Source: a virus (lineage: Duplodnaviria > Caudoviricetes). Taken from it: a stretch of DNA of 64,000 nt. Each line of letters begins with the position of its first letter. Positions within the stretch are counted from its first letter, which is position 1. The notes under the pieces were generated by a model, which saw only the letters and a list, made by a program, of their open reading frames with translations, was not told the origin of the DNA and did no database searches. This document shows positions 39,243 to 49,551 of this stretch, in pieces. The stretch lies in IMG/VR virus record IMGVR_UViG_3300021431_000084; one strand, 5' to 3'. Both the position numbers and the translations under genes were made by a program.

Positions 39243-41478
39243 AATTAAGGGGATGTTTCTTTCGCATTAAAACTTCTTGTATTTTGCCTTTATTAAAGGC
39301 AGTTGTATAATCACCTGTAAGATAGCCTGTTACTCTTCTTAATCTCTGGATGTTGGTACTACCACACTTTGGACAAGCTTCGTCTATCTCGCCGCAATGA
39401 CCGCACTTCATACATGTATCACAAGGAACATTGATTGCAAAATAAGGAATATCATGATCCATAGCAAACTGTACTACTGCTTCAACCGCTGCCAAGTTAT
39501 TACGATCCTGATCACTAAACTCTACATAAGTGATACAACCAGCAGAGCTATAACCTGTTAATTGACTCTCAATCTCAATCTTGTCGAATGGACTCATTCT
39601 CTTCCAAACCGGAACATGCATTGAGTTGGTGAAGAAGTCCTTATCACTTACTTCTGGTATTACACCATACTGTTTCTTAAACTTCTGCATAGCAGTATAG
39701 CAAAGGTTTTCAGCAGGAGTATAATAAACACCAAAATTGAGTTTGTACTTTTCTTTATATTCTGCACAAAGTGTTTTGAAAGTATTTTCAATTCTCTTTG
39801 CTACTTCCATACCTTTTTCAGTTGTATGGTCAGTGTTTAAAAGAATTTGAAGAGTTTCAGCAAGTCCTAACTGACCAATAGCAAGAGTACCATGCTTGAG
39901 TGCGGAACGTATACCCTCTTCTGGATTGTAACCAAACATTGTACCATTCTCATACATAAATTTTGCTGAACTTGGGGACTGAGAACATATCCACTCAAAT
40001 CTTTCTATTAACATATCTCTTGCATCAGCTATTGCCAATTTAAGAATATCAATGAAAGTATCAATAATATCATCTTCTGTAAAATTATCTATCTTCTGTA
40101 CTTCTTCCATAGCTTCCATAGCAAGAGTAGGCATTATGATAGTTACTGGGCAGATATTACCACGACCATCTTTCATCTGTTTGTTCTGGCCGGGAAGTGC
40201 GTTGATATCTGCACCATTTGCGGTTCTACATCCCATTGTTGAGAAGTATGTAGTTGGATCGTTTGGATCGTAACCAGCGTTACCGCTCCAATCTACATTA
40301 GCATAGTTAGGATAAAGTCTCTTTGCAGTTGACTTAAGTGCTAACTGGAATAAATCGTAGTTGGGGTCACCTTCTTTTCTATTTACACCCTTCATACATT
40401 GGAAAATACCGCAAGGGAAGATAGAAGTTTTATGTAACTTTCCCAAACCTTCAAGAGATACTTCAAGTAAAGCTTTGATTACCATTCTACCTTCTGGGAG
40501 AGTACAAGTACCATAATTAATAGAGGTGAATGGGAGCTGATTGCCTGAACGAGATTGAAGTGTATTCAAGTTGTGATACATACCTTCAACGGCTTGGCGC
40601 ACTTCTCTTTCTGTCATATCTATTGCATATTGATATGCCTGTGGATAATTTTCTTTAAGACCGGGATAATCAAATCCAATTTCTTCATCAGATTTAAGTA
40701 AGTCCTCTAACGTTGCATCTGGACGAGCAACATATTTACAACCATCTTTTAAGTGCTTTTTAAAACTCTTTCTTACATAAGGAACCATAGTCCAGTCTAA
40801 GTGAGTTGCGGAAACACCTCCGAATTGCTGCAAGGATTGAATTTGGAATATTACAGCAACTAACTGGAAAGCTGTATTAACACTATTTGCTGGGCGCACA
40901 TCTGTCTGTCGGGTATTAAAACCTTCAGCCAATAACTTATCAAATGGAATTGAGAGACAATTGTGCATACCAACTGCGTAACTGTCCAAATCGTGAATAT
41001 AAATTCTATTGTTTAAATGGTTTTCTTTAGCCATTTTAGATACGATATAATCAAGGGCATATTTTTTAGTCATAACACTTGAAGCTTCACCAATTCTTCC
41101 GCCGAATGAATGCTCGTCAACATTCGCATTTTGATTCTGAACATTACGTGCTTCAAGTTTTTCACCAATAGCATCAAAGAAGGTAGATTGTGTTTCTCTT
41201 GCAACTTCTTTCTTATAACGGTATCTAATGTAAGCTCTTGCTACATCTGGTCTTTCTGAAACCATTAATTCAAGTTCAACCCAGTCTTGAATAGCTTCAA
41301 CTCCAACCGGAGTTTTACTCATTCGTATTCTTTTTTCAATATCGGAAGCAATTTCTTTTGCAGTATCTTCTTCATAAAGTTGTCCATCAACTTCTATCAT
41401 AGCACTATTTACTGCGTCAATTATCTTTTGTCTATCAAAGGAAACTTCTTCACCATTTCTTTTTATAATTTTCAACAT
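39232..41478 (-). CDS. nrdD: anaerobic (class III) ribonucleoside-triphosphate reductase with ATP cone
   Basis: IIKRNG ATP cone, YIHDLD, MGCRT, TPAENL, CxxC pairs, RRVTGYL glycyl-radical loop. Confidence 0.97.
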   Translation of the reverse strand: MLKIIKRNGEEVSFDRQKIIDAVNSAMIEVDGQLYEEDTAKEIASDIEKRIRMSKTPVGVEAIQDWVELELMVSERPDVARAYIRYRYKKEVARETQSTFFDAIGEKLEARNVQNQNANVDEHSFGGRIGEASSVMTKKYALDYIVSKMAKENHLNNRIYIHDLDSYAVGMHNCLSIPFDKLLAEGFNTRQTDVRPANSVNTAFQLVAVIFQIQSLQQFGGVSATHLDWTMVPYVRKSFKKHLKDGCKYVARPDATLEDLLKSDEEIGFDYPGLKENYPQAYQYAIDMTEREVRQAVEGMYHNLNTLQSRSGNQLPFTSINYGTCTLPEGRMVIKALLEVSLEGLGKLHKTSIFPCGIFQCMKGVNRKEGDPNYDLFQLALKSTAKRLYPNYANVDWSGNAGYDPNDPTTYFSTMGCRTANGADINALPGQNKQMKDGRGNICPVTIIMPTLAMEAMEEVQKIDNFTEDDIIDTFIDILKLAIADARDMLIERFEWICSQSPSSAKFMYENGTMFGYNPEEGIRSALKHGTLAIGQLGLAETLQILLNTDHTTEKGMEVAKRIENTFKTLCAEYKEKYKLNFGVYYTPAENLCYTAMQKFKKQYGVIPEVSDKDFFTNSMHVPVWKRMSPFDKIEIESQLTGYSSAGCITYVEFSDQDRNNLAAVEAVVQFAMDHDIPYFAINVPCDTCMKCGHCGEIDEACPKCGSTNIQRLRRVTGYLTGDYTTAFNKGKIQEVLMRKKHPLNFEK

Positions 41479-41528
41479 ATTATCTCTCCTCCTTTTTTGG
41501 TATCATAAATAATATGAAAATTATTTAA

Positions 41529-42119
41529 TTAAATTTGTCCAATTTTGGCCTGTAATTTTTGTGCGGCGTGGCTGATGACGTCAACAGCATGATCTAATTC
41601 ATCATAATCCTCATTGTTTAGTACATTGTGATGAAAAGGTAAGTCCGCAAAATCAGCTTTATCTGTTTTATATCTTCTAAACACTTCTTCAATATCGGGA
41701 TTGTTTTCTCTTTTAAGTTGTCTAATAAGTCTAATCTTATCTGACGCTTCTATTAAGAAAACATACAATTCAATATCTTTATGTAACATTAAAGATTCTA
41801 TGCCCTCTGGATTATAAACCCCAATATTTACCTTATCCTTAACCAAACTCTTCAATGGCGTTCCATAAAACCAGTTATTGAAGCAACTTGCTTCGAGCAT
41901 CTTATCATTTAAAACTTCTTCTGTAAACTGGTCAACAGTATAGAAGTGATAATCTACTCCATCTTCCTCGTTATCTCTCATAGGGCGAGTAGTACATGAG
42001 ATGATTTTGTTCAGCTCATGATTCTCCTCACAGACGGCCCGCAAGATAGTATCCTTACCACTACCGGCCTGTCCTATAATTGCTATCATTTTGAAAGGTT
42101 TCTCAGATTTTTCAGCCAT
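41529..42119 (-). CDS. gmk: guanylate kinase
   Basis: GQAGSGKDT, TTRPMRDNEEDGVDYHF, YGT; start moved to MAEK. Confidence 0.9.
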   Translation of the reverse strand: MAEKSEKPFKMIAIIGQAGSGKDTILRAVCEENHELNKIISCTTRPMRDNEEDGVDYHFYTVDQFTEEVLNDKMLEASCFNNWFYGTPLKSLVKDKVNIGVYNPEGIESLMLHKDIELYVFLIEASDKIRLIRQLKRENNPDIEEVFRRYKTDKADFADLPFHHNVLNNEDYDELDHAVDVISHAAQKLQAKIGQI

Positions 42120-42334
42120 TCTTTTATCTCCTCTGTTGGTATATCTTTTTCCATTTCTAAAACTGGAAGTAATAAGCAATCTAATAATTCATGTGCTTCT
42201 TTTATGTATTTTTTGTCAATTTTGTTGATGATGATGATCCCGTTGCCGGGAACATCAATCATACTGAGACAGGCGAATAGGAGGGCTTCATAGAGAAGAT
42301 AACAATTTCTTTCCATATCATCATACTCATTCAT
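42086..42334 (-). CDS. hypothetical protein
   Basis: overlaps the dnaE stop and the gmk start. Confidence 0.5.
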   Translation of the reverse strand: MNEYDDMERNCYLLYEALLFACLSMIDVPGNGIIIINKIDKKYIKEAHELLDCLLLPVLEMEKDIPTEEIKEWLKNLRNLSK

Positions 42335-45300
42335 CTTCAGCTTCTCCTTGATAACGCTCGTGTCTTAAAATCAAATCACCATCTTTTTCAATTTCATCAA
42401 TCTTATACAAATGATGTCCACCAGATGATGCATACTTCTTAGCAAAGAACTCTTCTCCAGTTCTTATACCTTGTACTACTATTTTACTTCCTCTATTGAA
42501 CCAAGACTTTTCTTTAATTGTCTTAGTTCCATCGGGGTTCCTTACTGAGATTTGCTTGTCATATAAACTAAACAAACCCTTTGACATTTTTACTGTTACT
42601 ACTCCTGTCGGGGTCAAAAGTGACACAGTGGACTTGTTCTTGTCCTTCGCGATGCAAGTGCCGCAAATCTTCTTAAGAACAAACATCTTAATCTCTTTAT
42701 CACCCTTTACAAAAGTCCTATCTACTACTGGGTCTTCTGGCATACTAAAGAAGTCTGCAAAACTATACTTTGCTGCATTTACTCTTGACAATGGATGCTC
42801 ATGATAATAGAAACACAATGCATCCATTTCCCAATCCGATATAGTTCCTTTTGCATATTTATTCCAATCATCCAAGAAGATTAACTCATTTAACTTAATC
42901 AAAGTTTCTTCTTTATTTTTACTTAACCAATCTCTTAATGTGTTCATATACTTCTGGTATACATTATCCCAAGAAGTTTTACTTATTATAAAATCTTGGT
43001 CAACTAAATTATCTGCTCCAATTTCAATTAAGAAATTAATCGCTCTTTCGTCAAGTTTATACTTATCAGTTCCAAACTTACACATAGCTTTTAAATATCT
43101 ATTAAATTCAAAAACTCTAACCGCAAGTTTCATATCTGCTTCTTCTGTTGGCACAAGATTATACTTAATCAATCCCGCCATATTCTGCAAAGTCAATCTC
43201 TTTTTCTTATCGCATGTATTCCATATAAACCAAGCCATGCATATCTTTCTTTGCATGAACGCATCAAACGCTCCACCTTTAATCAAAGATACCATAACCT
43301 GTTTAGTTGGCTTAACTCTGTCATAAAAATCTTGAACAGAACTATATGGTCTATTCTCAATAATCTTCATAACAATTTCATCGCCAACATTTGCCAAACT
43401 TTTTAATCCGCAGAAGATTGAACCATCTTCCTTGTTTGGTTTAAACTCATAAGCCGACTTATTTATATCAGGGAGTTTTACCTTTATCCCTGAATTTTTC
43501 ATCTTGTTAATTGTGATTGCGACCTTGTTATAATCTGTACCAGTTCCAATACCACCAGAATCTGTGATCGCGCAAGCACAATTCCAATAGATAATGGGAT
43601 AGTTGAAACATAAGTTCATTTCTTGGAGTCCTATCAACGAATAGGCCAAAGTGTGAGACTGGTTAAATCCATAACCCTTACTCATTGAGATAAGAACTTC
43701 CCAAACATATTTTGCAAAGTTTTCTTTAACTCCCTTTTCCTTTGTTACTTGATAAAATTCTTTTGTTAATTCTTCAAATTCTTTAGGGTTTTTCTTTGCA
43801 ATAGACTTTCTTAACTTATCTGCCCAAGTAAGCGAGAAACCTCCAAGTGCAGGCAGTTGTACCAAACTCATGAACTGCTCCTGTGCTATACATAAACCGT
43901 AGGATATACCTACTATCGGTTCAAGAATAATTTTTTCATTTATTCCCAAACCATAAGAAGCCAATTCTCTATCCCAGGCACTCGGATCTCTCTTAAATCT
44001 TGCTAACTTATCAGTTGGCATTTCTGTTGAACCAGGCTGGGCCATAAGTCTAATTGTTGAGTTCAAAATCGCCAAATCGTCTACTGAAGTTGGCTTAAGA
44101 GTTGCAATACCCTTAATTCCACTCTGCTTCTCCATCTGAAACAATGACTGAATCTGATGATTCCAAATCATTTTCCACATATCTTGATTATCTCTATTAA
44201 GCTTGTAAATTCCGATAGTGTTTTCATATCTATCTCTTAAACTTAAATTCTTATCAATATATCCATCTTCTGTTAACAAATCAAGACAAGTGTGTATCTT
44301 ATCCAAAGCTTCAACTGAAAGAAGGTCATACTTAATCAAACTTACTGCTTCATCATCGTGAAGGTCAAACTGAGTTATAATATCTCCATTCGGCGCTCTC
44401 ATTAATGCTGTTGAGTTAGTGAAGTCTTCATCAACGAAAATAACTCCTCCAGCGTGTTCTCCAATTCTACAAATAAGTCCTTCTACTTTTTGAGCAACTT
44501 CCCACAATTCTGGATTGTTATTCATTTCCTTAACAAATAATGGAACTGGATCAAAACCATTTTCTTCATCACCATAATAACATTGATGTAAAGTTCTAAT
44601 CTGTCCTCTGTCTGCCGGAACAAGTGAAGATATATATGCAGCTTCATCTACATCTATACCCAAACCACGAGCTGCAGTCTGGATTGCTGACTTTGACTTC
44701 TCTGTACCAAAAGTAGCTACATTACACACTCTATCTAAACCATAAACTTCACGAAGTTTATTAAGTACATCACTTCTGCGGCCGCCCTCGATGTCGACAT
44801 CAACATCCAAAACAGATACACGATCAGGGTTCAAGAAACGCCATGGGAAAGTCTTTGTTGTTTCAGCGAGAGGATTGATCTGGGTTATACCTAACACATA
44901 CAACAGGATAAATCCTACACCGGAGCCACGGCCGCACCCTACTAATGAACCTGCCTCCCAACATACATCAATAATTCTTTGAAGATTTAAGAAATATGCT
45001 GACCACTCTGCATTATTCACTCTTGAAGAAGTCCAAGTCATTTCGAGGTTATTATTTATTTCATTATAGGCCTCTTGGTTCTGTAAGTCTGCATGACTTT
45101 CTATACCATTTATAATTGCATCTACCAATTTCTTATCAGAGTTAAATTCAGAGTTATTAAAATCAGCTAACTTCGGAATAAGTTCAATATATCTCTTCTT
45201 CTTATCTTCTGGTACATACTTCTGTTCAACCCAAGGCAAATTAGGTATTTTCAATTCTTTTGCTAATTCATAATCTTCACATTTATCTTTAATTTCTTTT

Positions 45301-46178
45301 ATTGCTTCATAAGCCTTGTCAATTTCTTCTCTTGTAAAATAATCAAAGAAACTTTCAAGTTCTTCTGTACCCATCATATAAGTTGTTGCATAAAATTCAT
45401 CAACTTCTCTATCACCCTCCTGAGAATTGAGATAAGCCTTGTGAATCGGTGCATCTTCCTTTTTTAAATAATGGCTATCAGTTGTTATTATATATTTAAT
45501 ATTAAGTTCTTCACTTAATTTCTTTAAAGCTTTGTTTACAATAATCTGTTCTTTATTCTTGGAAGGCTGCATCTCTAAATAAAAATTACCCTTACCAAAA
45601 ATATTCTGAACATTTAAACACCAACCTTTAATATTTGTATACATTTGTTCTGTTGGGTTGGCTACATATCTTAAAATTGCTTTAGGTAAAAATCCTCCAA
45701 GACACGCAGTACTTGCTATTACATGACCGGGGTTTGCTCCAACTACATCTATCAAATCCTGATAATATGTTGGTACTCTTCTCATTCGTCCATTCATCCA
45801 TGAACGAGCCCAAGCTCTTGAAGATAATTCTCTAATCTGTCTATGGCCTTCTGCGTCCTTTGCTAAGAGAATGAAGTGATAATAACTATCTTTCTCTCTA
45901 TCAAAATTTTCCGCAGTTAAACCATCCCGACAAAGATATATCTCATTTCCTAAGATTACCTTAAATTCGGGGTGGTCTTTCTTAATTTTCTTATATTTCT
46001 TTTGTACTTTAATTGCATTAGCTACTGTTTCATGTTCTGTAAATGCTACGCACTCATGACCCAACTCAATTGCATAATCGATGACATCATCTACTCTATT
46101 GATTGAGTCCCTGAGACGCAAGTTACTAAAATCTGTGTGATTATGTACTGAACCCGGATATCCCTTCATCGAGTACAC
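42327..46178 (-). CDS. dnaE: DNA polymerase III alpha subunit (family C)
   Basis: PHP HNHT...TDSHY, GRGSG, RFLNPDR...DVDVD, HAGGV, KYDLL, YGFNQSH. Confidence 0.97.
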   Translation of the reverse strand: MYSMKGYPGSVHNHTDFSNLRLRDSINRVDDVIDYAIELGHECVAFTEHETVANAIKVQKKYKKIKKDHPEFKVILGNEIYLCRDGLTAENFDREKDSYYHFILLAKDAEGHRQIRELSSRAWARSWMNGRMRRVPTYYQDLIDVVGANPGHVIASTACLGGFLPKAILRYVANPTEQMYTNIKGWCLNVQNIFGKGNFYLEMQPSKNKEQIIVNKALKKLSEELNIKYIITTDSHYLKKEDAPIHKAYLNSQEGDREVDEFYATTYMMGTEELESFFDYFTREEIDKAYEAIKEIKDKCEDYELAKELKIPNLPWVEQKYVPEDKKKRYIELIPKLADFNNSEFNSDKKLVDAIINGIESHADLQNQEAYNEINNNLEMTWTSSRVNNAEWSAYFLNLQRIIDVCWEAGSLVGCGRGSGVGFILLYVLGITQINPLAETTKTFPWRFLNPDRVSVLDVDVDIEGGRRSDVLNKLREVYGLDRVCNVATFGTEKSKSAIQTAARGLGIDVDEAAYISSLVPADRGQIRTLHQCYYGDEENGFDPVPLFVKEMNNNPELWEVAQKVEGLICRIGEHAGGVIFVDEDFTNSTALMRAPNGDIITQFDLHDDEAVSLIKYDLLSVEALDKIHTCLDLLTEDGYIDKNLSLRDRYENTIGIYKLNRDNQDMWKMIWNHQIQSLFQMEKQSGIKGIATLKPTSVDDLAILNSTIRLMAQPGSTEMPTDKLARFKRDPSAWDRELASYGLGINEKIILEPIVGISYGLCIAQEQFMSLVQLPALGGFSLTWADKLRKSIAKKNPKEFEELTKEFYQVTKEKGVKENFAKYVWEVLISMSKGYGFNQSHTLAYSLIGLQEMNLCFNYPIIYWNCACAITDSGGIGTGTDYNKVAITINKMKNSGIKVKLPDINKSAYEFKPNKEDGSIFCGLKSLANVGDEIVMKIIENRPYSSVQDFYDRVKPTKQVMVSLIKGGAFDAFMQRKICMAWFIWNTCDKKKRLTLQNMAGLIKYNLVPTEEADMKLAVRVFEFNRYLKAMCKFGTDKYKLDERAINFLIEIGADNLVDQDFIISKTSWDNVYQKYMNTLRDWLSKNKEETLIKLNELIFLDDWNKYAKGTISDWEMDALCFYYHEHPLSRVNAAKYSFADFFSMPEDPVVDRTFVKGDKEIKMFVLKKICGTCIAKDKNKSTVSLLTPTGVVTVKMSKGLFSLYDKQISVRNPDGTKTIKEKSWFNRGSKIVVQGIRTGEEFFAKKYASSGGHHLYKIDEIEKDGDLILRHERYQGEAEDE

Positions 46179-46206
46179 CTCTTTCTCTTAATTTTCTTAC
46201 CTATAT

Positions 46207-46235
46207 ATTATAACATATTTTATTACTTTTGTCAA
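46207..46235 (-). promoter_or_regulatory. consensus sigmaA promoter for dnaE
   Basis: TTGACA-N17-TATAAT with TG extension. Confidence 0.85.
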
Positions 46236-46250
46236 ATCAGATTATTTTTA

Positions 46251-46775
46251 CTAAGCATATTCAAGTATGTCGCCTATATCACAATCTAACAAAAAACATA
46301 ATCTTCCTATATTTTCTAATGAAACTTCTTGTCCATTTCGAAATTTAGTCAACGTACTTTGACTAAATAAATTTAATTCTCTTATTGCAGAAGAATTATA
46401 TCCTTTCCTTTTTAATTCTTCCATAATGTTTATTTTATATTTTATTTGTTTTTGATTTTGCTCATAATGTTTTTTTGTTTTCAAAAAAGAAACATAATTA
46501 ACACTTGGAGCATTTTTAATATTATATCCATTATTTATAGAATCATATTTTAGAATATATTCATTTTCTTTTTTATTCAAATCTTCTTCTTTACACAACT
46601 CTAATATTTCAAAAGTAAAATTTTCTATTCCCTCTTTTTGTAATATTTGATCGAAATTTTTTGAAGCTTTATTGTTTAAATGTTCTTTATATCGTTTATT
46701 AATATCTTTAGATTGACCTATATAAGATTTATTATTTATTTTATTTGTATATTTATAAATTCCACAAAGTGCCAT
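46251..46775 (-). CDS. GIY-YIG endonuclease fused to a Cro/C1-type HTH
   Basis: GIYKYTN...YIGQS...R...GYN; C-terminal SQSTLTKFRNG...LCFLLDCDIGDI. Confidence 0.8.
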   Translation of the reverse strand: MALCGIYKYTNKINNKSYIGQSKDINKRYKEHLNNKASKNFDQILQKEGIENFTFEILELCKEEDLNKKENEYILKYDSINNGYNIKNAPSVNYVSFLKTKKHYEQNQKQIKYKINIMEELKRKGYNSSAIRELNLFSQSTLTKFRNGQEVSLENIGRLCFLLDCDIGDILEYA

Positions 46776-46787
46776 AATTTTGCCTTT

Positions 46788-46946
46788 CTAATCAATAAAA
46801 CTATACTCTCGCAGAATCTGACCTATCTTCTCATAAACCTCTTCACTATATTTATGGTAATCATCATATACTTCTGCAATTCGAGATACACAATCTAAGG
46901 CTTCATCTTTTCTTTCTCCTAACCAATCTTTATATTCATTACTCAT
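46788..46946 (-). CDS. small hypothetical protein (52 aa, not in the ORF track)
   Basis: MSNEYKDW...SFID*; ATGA overlap with the upstream stop. Confidence 0.6.
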   Translation of the reverse strand: MSNEYKDWLGERKDEALDCVSRIAEVYDDYHKYSEEVYEKIGQILREYSFID

Positions 46947-47335
46947 AGAATACTTAATATCCTTTCTACCTTGTCGTAATGATCTATATCATCACGATAG
47001 ATTATATCTATTATTTTTCGTACTGTTTGTCTATCTTTTTGTAAGGCTTCATATTCTTCTCTTGAAACAGTAAAATATTTAGGCAATGATGAATCAGCGG
47101 TTGTTCTACCCAAATATTTTATTCCTGAAGTATCATGTACACATGTATCTGGAATTATTGTATCTTCTTCTAATGGAGTTACAACCCTTGTTTCTGGGTT
47201 ATCCATCCACTTGTTTAATTCCTTATCACATTTTTCACAAAGATCAACTACTTCATCTAGATCAGTATGTAATTCAAAACCGGTTGAAGGTTGTAATACT
47301 TCTGCACCACATCTATCGCATATTCTTTTTAACAT
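46943..47335 (-). CDS. Zn-finger hypothetical protein
   Basis: CDRC...DLCEKC. Confidence 0.65.
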   Translation of the reverse strand: MLKRICDRCGAEVLQPSTGFELHTDLDEVVDLCEKCDKELNKWMDNPETRVVTPLEEDTIIPDTCVHDTSGIKYLGRTTADSSLPKYFTVSREEYEALQKDRQTVRKIIDIIYRDDIDHYDKVERILSIL

Positions 47336-47486
47336 TATCTTCCCCTCTTTTCTCTTTCGGCTTTTTCACAATATTCATAACATTCTCCATTAGATTTTGC
47401 TACCCCACTCGTGTAATAGAATGGACATTCCTCTTTAAAACATTCTTTGAAATCGTTATAAGGACAAACCATTTTAATTACCTCAC
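47335..47486 (-). CDS. small Cys-rich protein (start approximate)
   Basis: GAGGT SD before MVCP...C....CPFY...C..C; the track ORF is probably over-extended. Confidence 0.4.
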
Positions 47487-47737
47487 CAGTAAATGTCTTC
47501 TGTTTCTTGCCAAATTCCACCAATATACCCAGTCGGCTTAATTTTATATCCTCGCTCTTCAAACATTCCTCTTACATCTCGATAATATGTATTATCTTTG
47601 TTGATAGGGAAGCATGCCTCATGTCGTCCATGTTCTACTGAATAACGAATTCTATCATTTACTATTTCAATTAAATCATCTATTTTTTTCTGTTTCAAAT
47701 TTCTCATTTCATCTGTTATCTTCATAGGTTCTGCCAT
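47483..47737 (-). CDS. hypothetical protein
   Basis: SD GGAGGT. Confidence 0.7.
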   Translation of the reverse strand: MAEPMKITDEMRNLKQKKIDDLIEIVNDRIRYSVEHGRHEACFPINKDNTYYRDVRGMFEERGYKIKPTGYIGGIWQETEDIYW

Positions 47738-47739
47738 AT

Positions 47740-47988
47740 TTAATTACCTCCGTAATAATTACTTATTTCAATAATTCTTCCACATTTATCACATTTGTAA
47801 ATATAGTCTGTATATTCACCATATCTACCACGACTTATTGCTTGTTGATATTGCCAACGTCCTCCACAGGGGCAATGTCCATTATTGTACTGGTTAGTGC
47901 TATCACAACCTCTTATTTCACCAAATAAGAATAAAATAAATAATAACAATACACCAACTATTAACTTTGCTTGAGTATCACTATCCAT
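47740..47988 (-). CDS. membrane-anchored Zn-ribbon protein
   Basis: TM helix then CPCGG...CDKC. Confidence 0.6.
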   Translation of the reverse strand: MDSDTQAKLIVGVLLLFILFLFGEIRGCDSTNQYNNGHCPCGGRWQYQQAISRGRYGEYTDYIYKCDKCGRIIEISNYYGGN

Positions 47989-48143
47989 TAAGACTTCCCC
48001 CAATATTCTAAAGTTATACGTGGATACTGATCAACACCAGCCTCTATTTCACATCTAATTATATTTCTCAAAGGGATTATAAGACAATCCTCTCCGTTGT
48101 AAGTCTGATATTGACTGAAAATCTGAGTTAGTTGTTCGTCCAT
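47988..48143 (-). CDS. small hypothetical protein (51 aa, not in the ORF track)
   Basis: MDEQLTQ...YWGKS* fills the gap; TAATG coupling with the next gene. Confidence 0.5.
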   Translation of the reverse strand: MDEQLTQIFSQYQTYNGEDCLIIPLRNIIRCEIEAGVDQYPRITLEYWGKS

Positions 48144-48580
48144 TCTTTTATTTCAACCCCATTCTCTCTAAACCATTTTTGTAATATTGGTCTTTCGGCA
48201 CATTTACAACTTGCTGGTTCATGAACCAAAAGAACAATATCAAAATCTTGGTCTGTGCGGCCAGCCGCTGCCATGACCCGTTGACCCAAATCAATCGCTC
48301 TATTATACATGTCCTTAAAATCTAATGTGTGAAGATAATTATCATAAGCCTTCATAAAATTACATTCAAATGGGACTTTTCCACAATTCTTCCTACATTC
48401 TATCTCGACATTGTCCCAGTTGTCGGGTAACACAAGAACGGGCGCCCGCAAGCCATTCATAACTCCTCTTTTATCGAAGCCAAGTTTGAACCACTTAGGG
48501 TCCCATTTTGCTGTACTAATTGGAATTAGATTTGGGGGAAAGAAGCGCAATTGATAAAAATAAGATGTATAAAATTTCAT
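48128..48580 (-). CDS. DUF488-like protein
   Basis: YTSYF...ISTA...P.WF...VLLVHE....C.ER..L..WF. Confidence 0.55.
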   Translation of the reverse strand: MKFYTSYFYQLRFFPPNLIPISTAKWDPKWFKLGFDKRGVMNGLRAPVLVLPDNWDNVEIECRKNCGKVPFECNFMKAYDNYLHTLDFKDMYNRAIDLGQRVMAAAGRTDQDFDIVLLVHEPASCKCAERPILQKWFRENGVEIKEWTNN

Positions 48581-48808
48581 TTATTCTTCCTCTATCTTAA
48601 AACCTATAAAATCTCCAAGACCTATATGATCTACATCGTTTCCAATATGTATTTCTTGGTCACAAATGGGACAGCCATATTTCATTGAGCGATGAAGACC
48701 ACAAGTAAAACTAACTATAATATCCATAGCTATTCCTTCATTACCCGTCATTGAATGACCAAACTCTTCACCACAATAGCGACATTTATATCTTGCTATA
48801 TATTTCAT
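48581..48808 (-). CDS. Zn-finger hypothetical protein
   Basis: YKCRYCG. Confidence 0.6.
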   Translation of the reverse strand: MKYIARYKCRYCGEEFGHSMTGNEGIAMDIIVSFTCGLHRSMKYGCPICDQEIHIGNDVDHIGLGDFIGFKIEEE

Positions 48809-49380
48809 TAACTATCTCCCCATGGGCTAATTCCAAAATCATAACAATCTACTACGTCTGTTCCATATGGGCCAGCAAATGGATTGTCATAGTCACAATC
48901 AAAGGTTTTATTTTTGTGCTGTGATTCTTTAAATCTCTTTTCATTTGCACTAATAAAATCCCAATAACTTTGTTTAGTTTTAATAATAGGCAAATCAATA
49001 TTTAATTCTCTTGCTATCTTTGTAGCATAATCTATTTGTTTTTGAGTAGGTCGAGGTTCATGTTGTACCTCGCTTGAAGCAATTAATGGACAATGTGAAG
49101 GTCGTTCAACCGCAATACCTCGGATACTTTCACCCCGATCAAGAACACAATCATATTCTTTTCCATAATCTTCATCATATCCAGTACATTGATAAAATGG
49201 ACACTCATAACAATTTCTTGGAAGAGGTTCAATTTTAATATCATATTGAACTTTATATTCATATCCATCTTTAATAATATGTCTGGTTTTATTTTCTACA
49301 TTTTCTTTCTTTTCAGGAAATACAATTTCATCACTTGTAAATGGATCTTCAGGTAATTCCATAATTGGCTCCTTAACCAT
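48808..49380 (-). CDS. hypothetical protein (Cys cluster + PTQKQ helical motif)
   Basis: CYECPFY...C...RPSHCPL; PTQKQIDYA...FIS. Confidence 0.6.
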   Translation of the reverse strand: MVKEPIMELPEDPFTSDEIVFPEKKENVENKTRHIIKDGYEYKVQYDIKIEPLPRNCYECPFYQCTGYDEDYGKEYDCVLDRGESIRGIAVERPSHCPLIASSEVQHEPRPTQKQIDYATKIARELNIDLPIIKTKQSYWDFISANEKRFKESQHKNKTFDCDYDNPFAGPYGTDVVDCYDFGISPWGDS

Positions 49381-49549
49381 CTATTTCTTTTTTATTTACA
49401 TAATCTCTAATTTCATCAATAGCAAATTGAAAACTATCTGGTCTAATATCGTCCAATACAGTTACATGAGAAAAACCGGGTAAATTTATTTCAGCTATTG
49501 CATATTCTAATGTATTTAAGAGACCTAATATATATTCTTTTTCACTCAT
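49373..49549 (-). CDS. small hypothetical protein (58 aa, not in the ORF track)
   Basis: SD AGGAG; MSEKEY...EIDG*. Confidence 0.6.
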   Translation of the reverse strand: MSEKEYILGLLNTLEYAIAEINLPGFSHVTVLDDIRPDSFQFAIDEIRDYVNKKEIDG

Positions 49550-49551
49550 AG

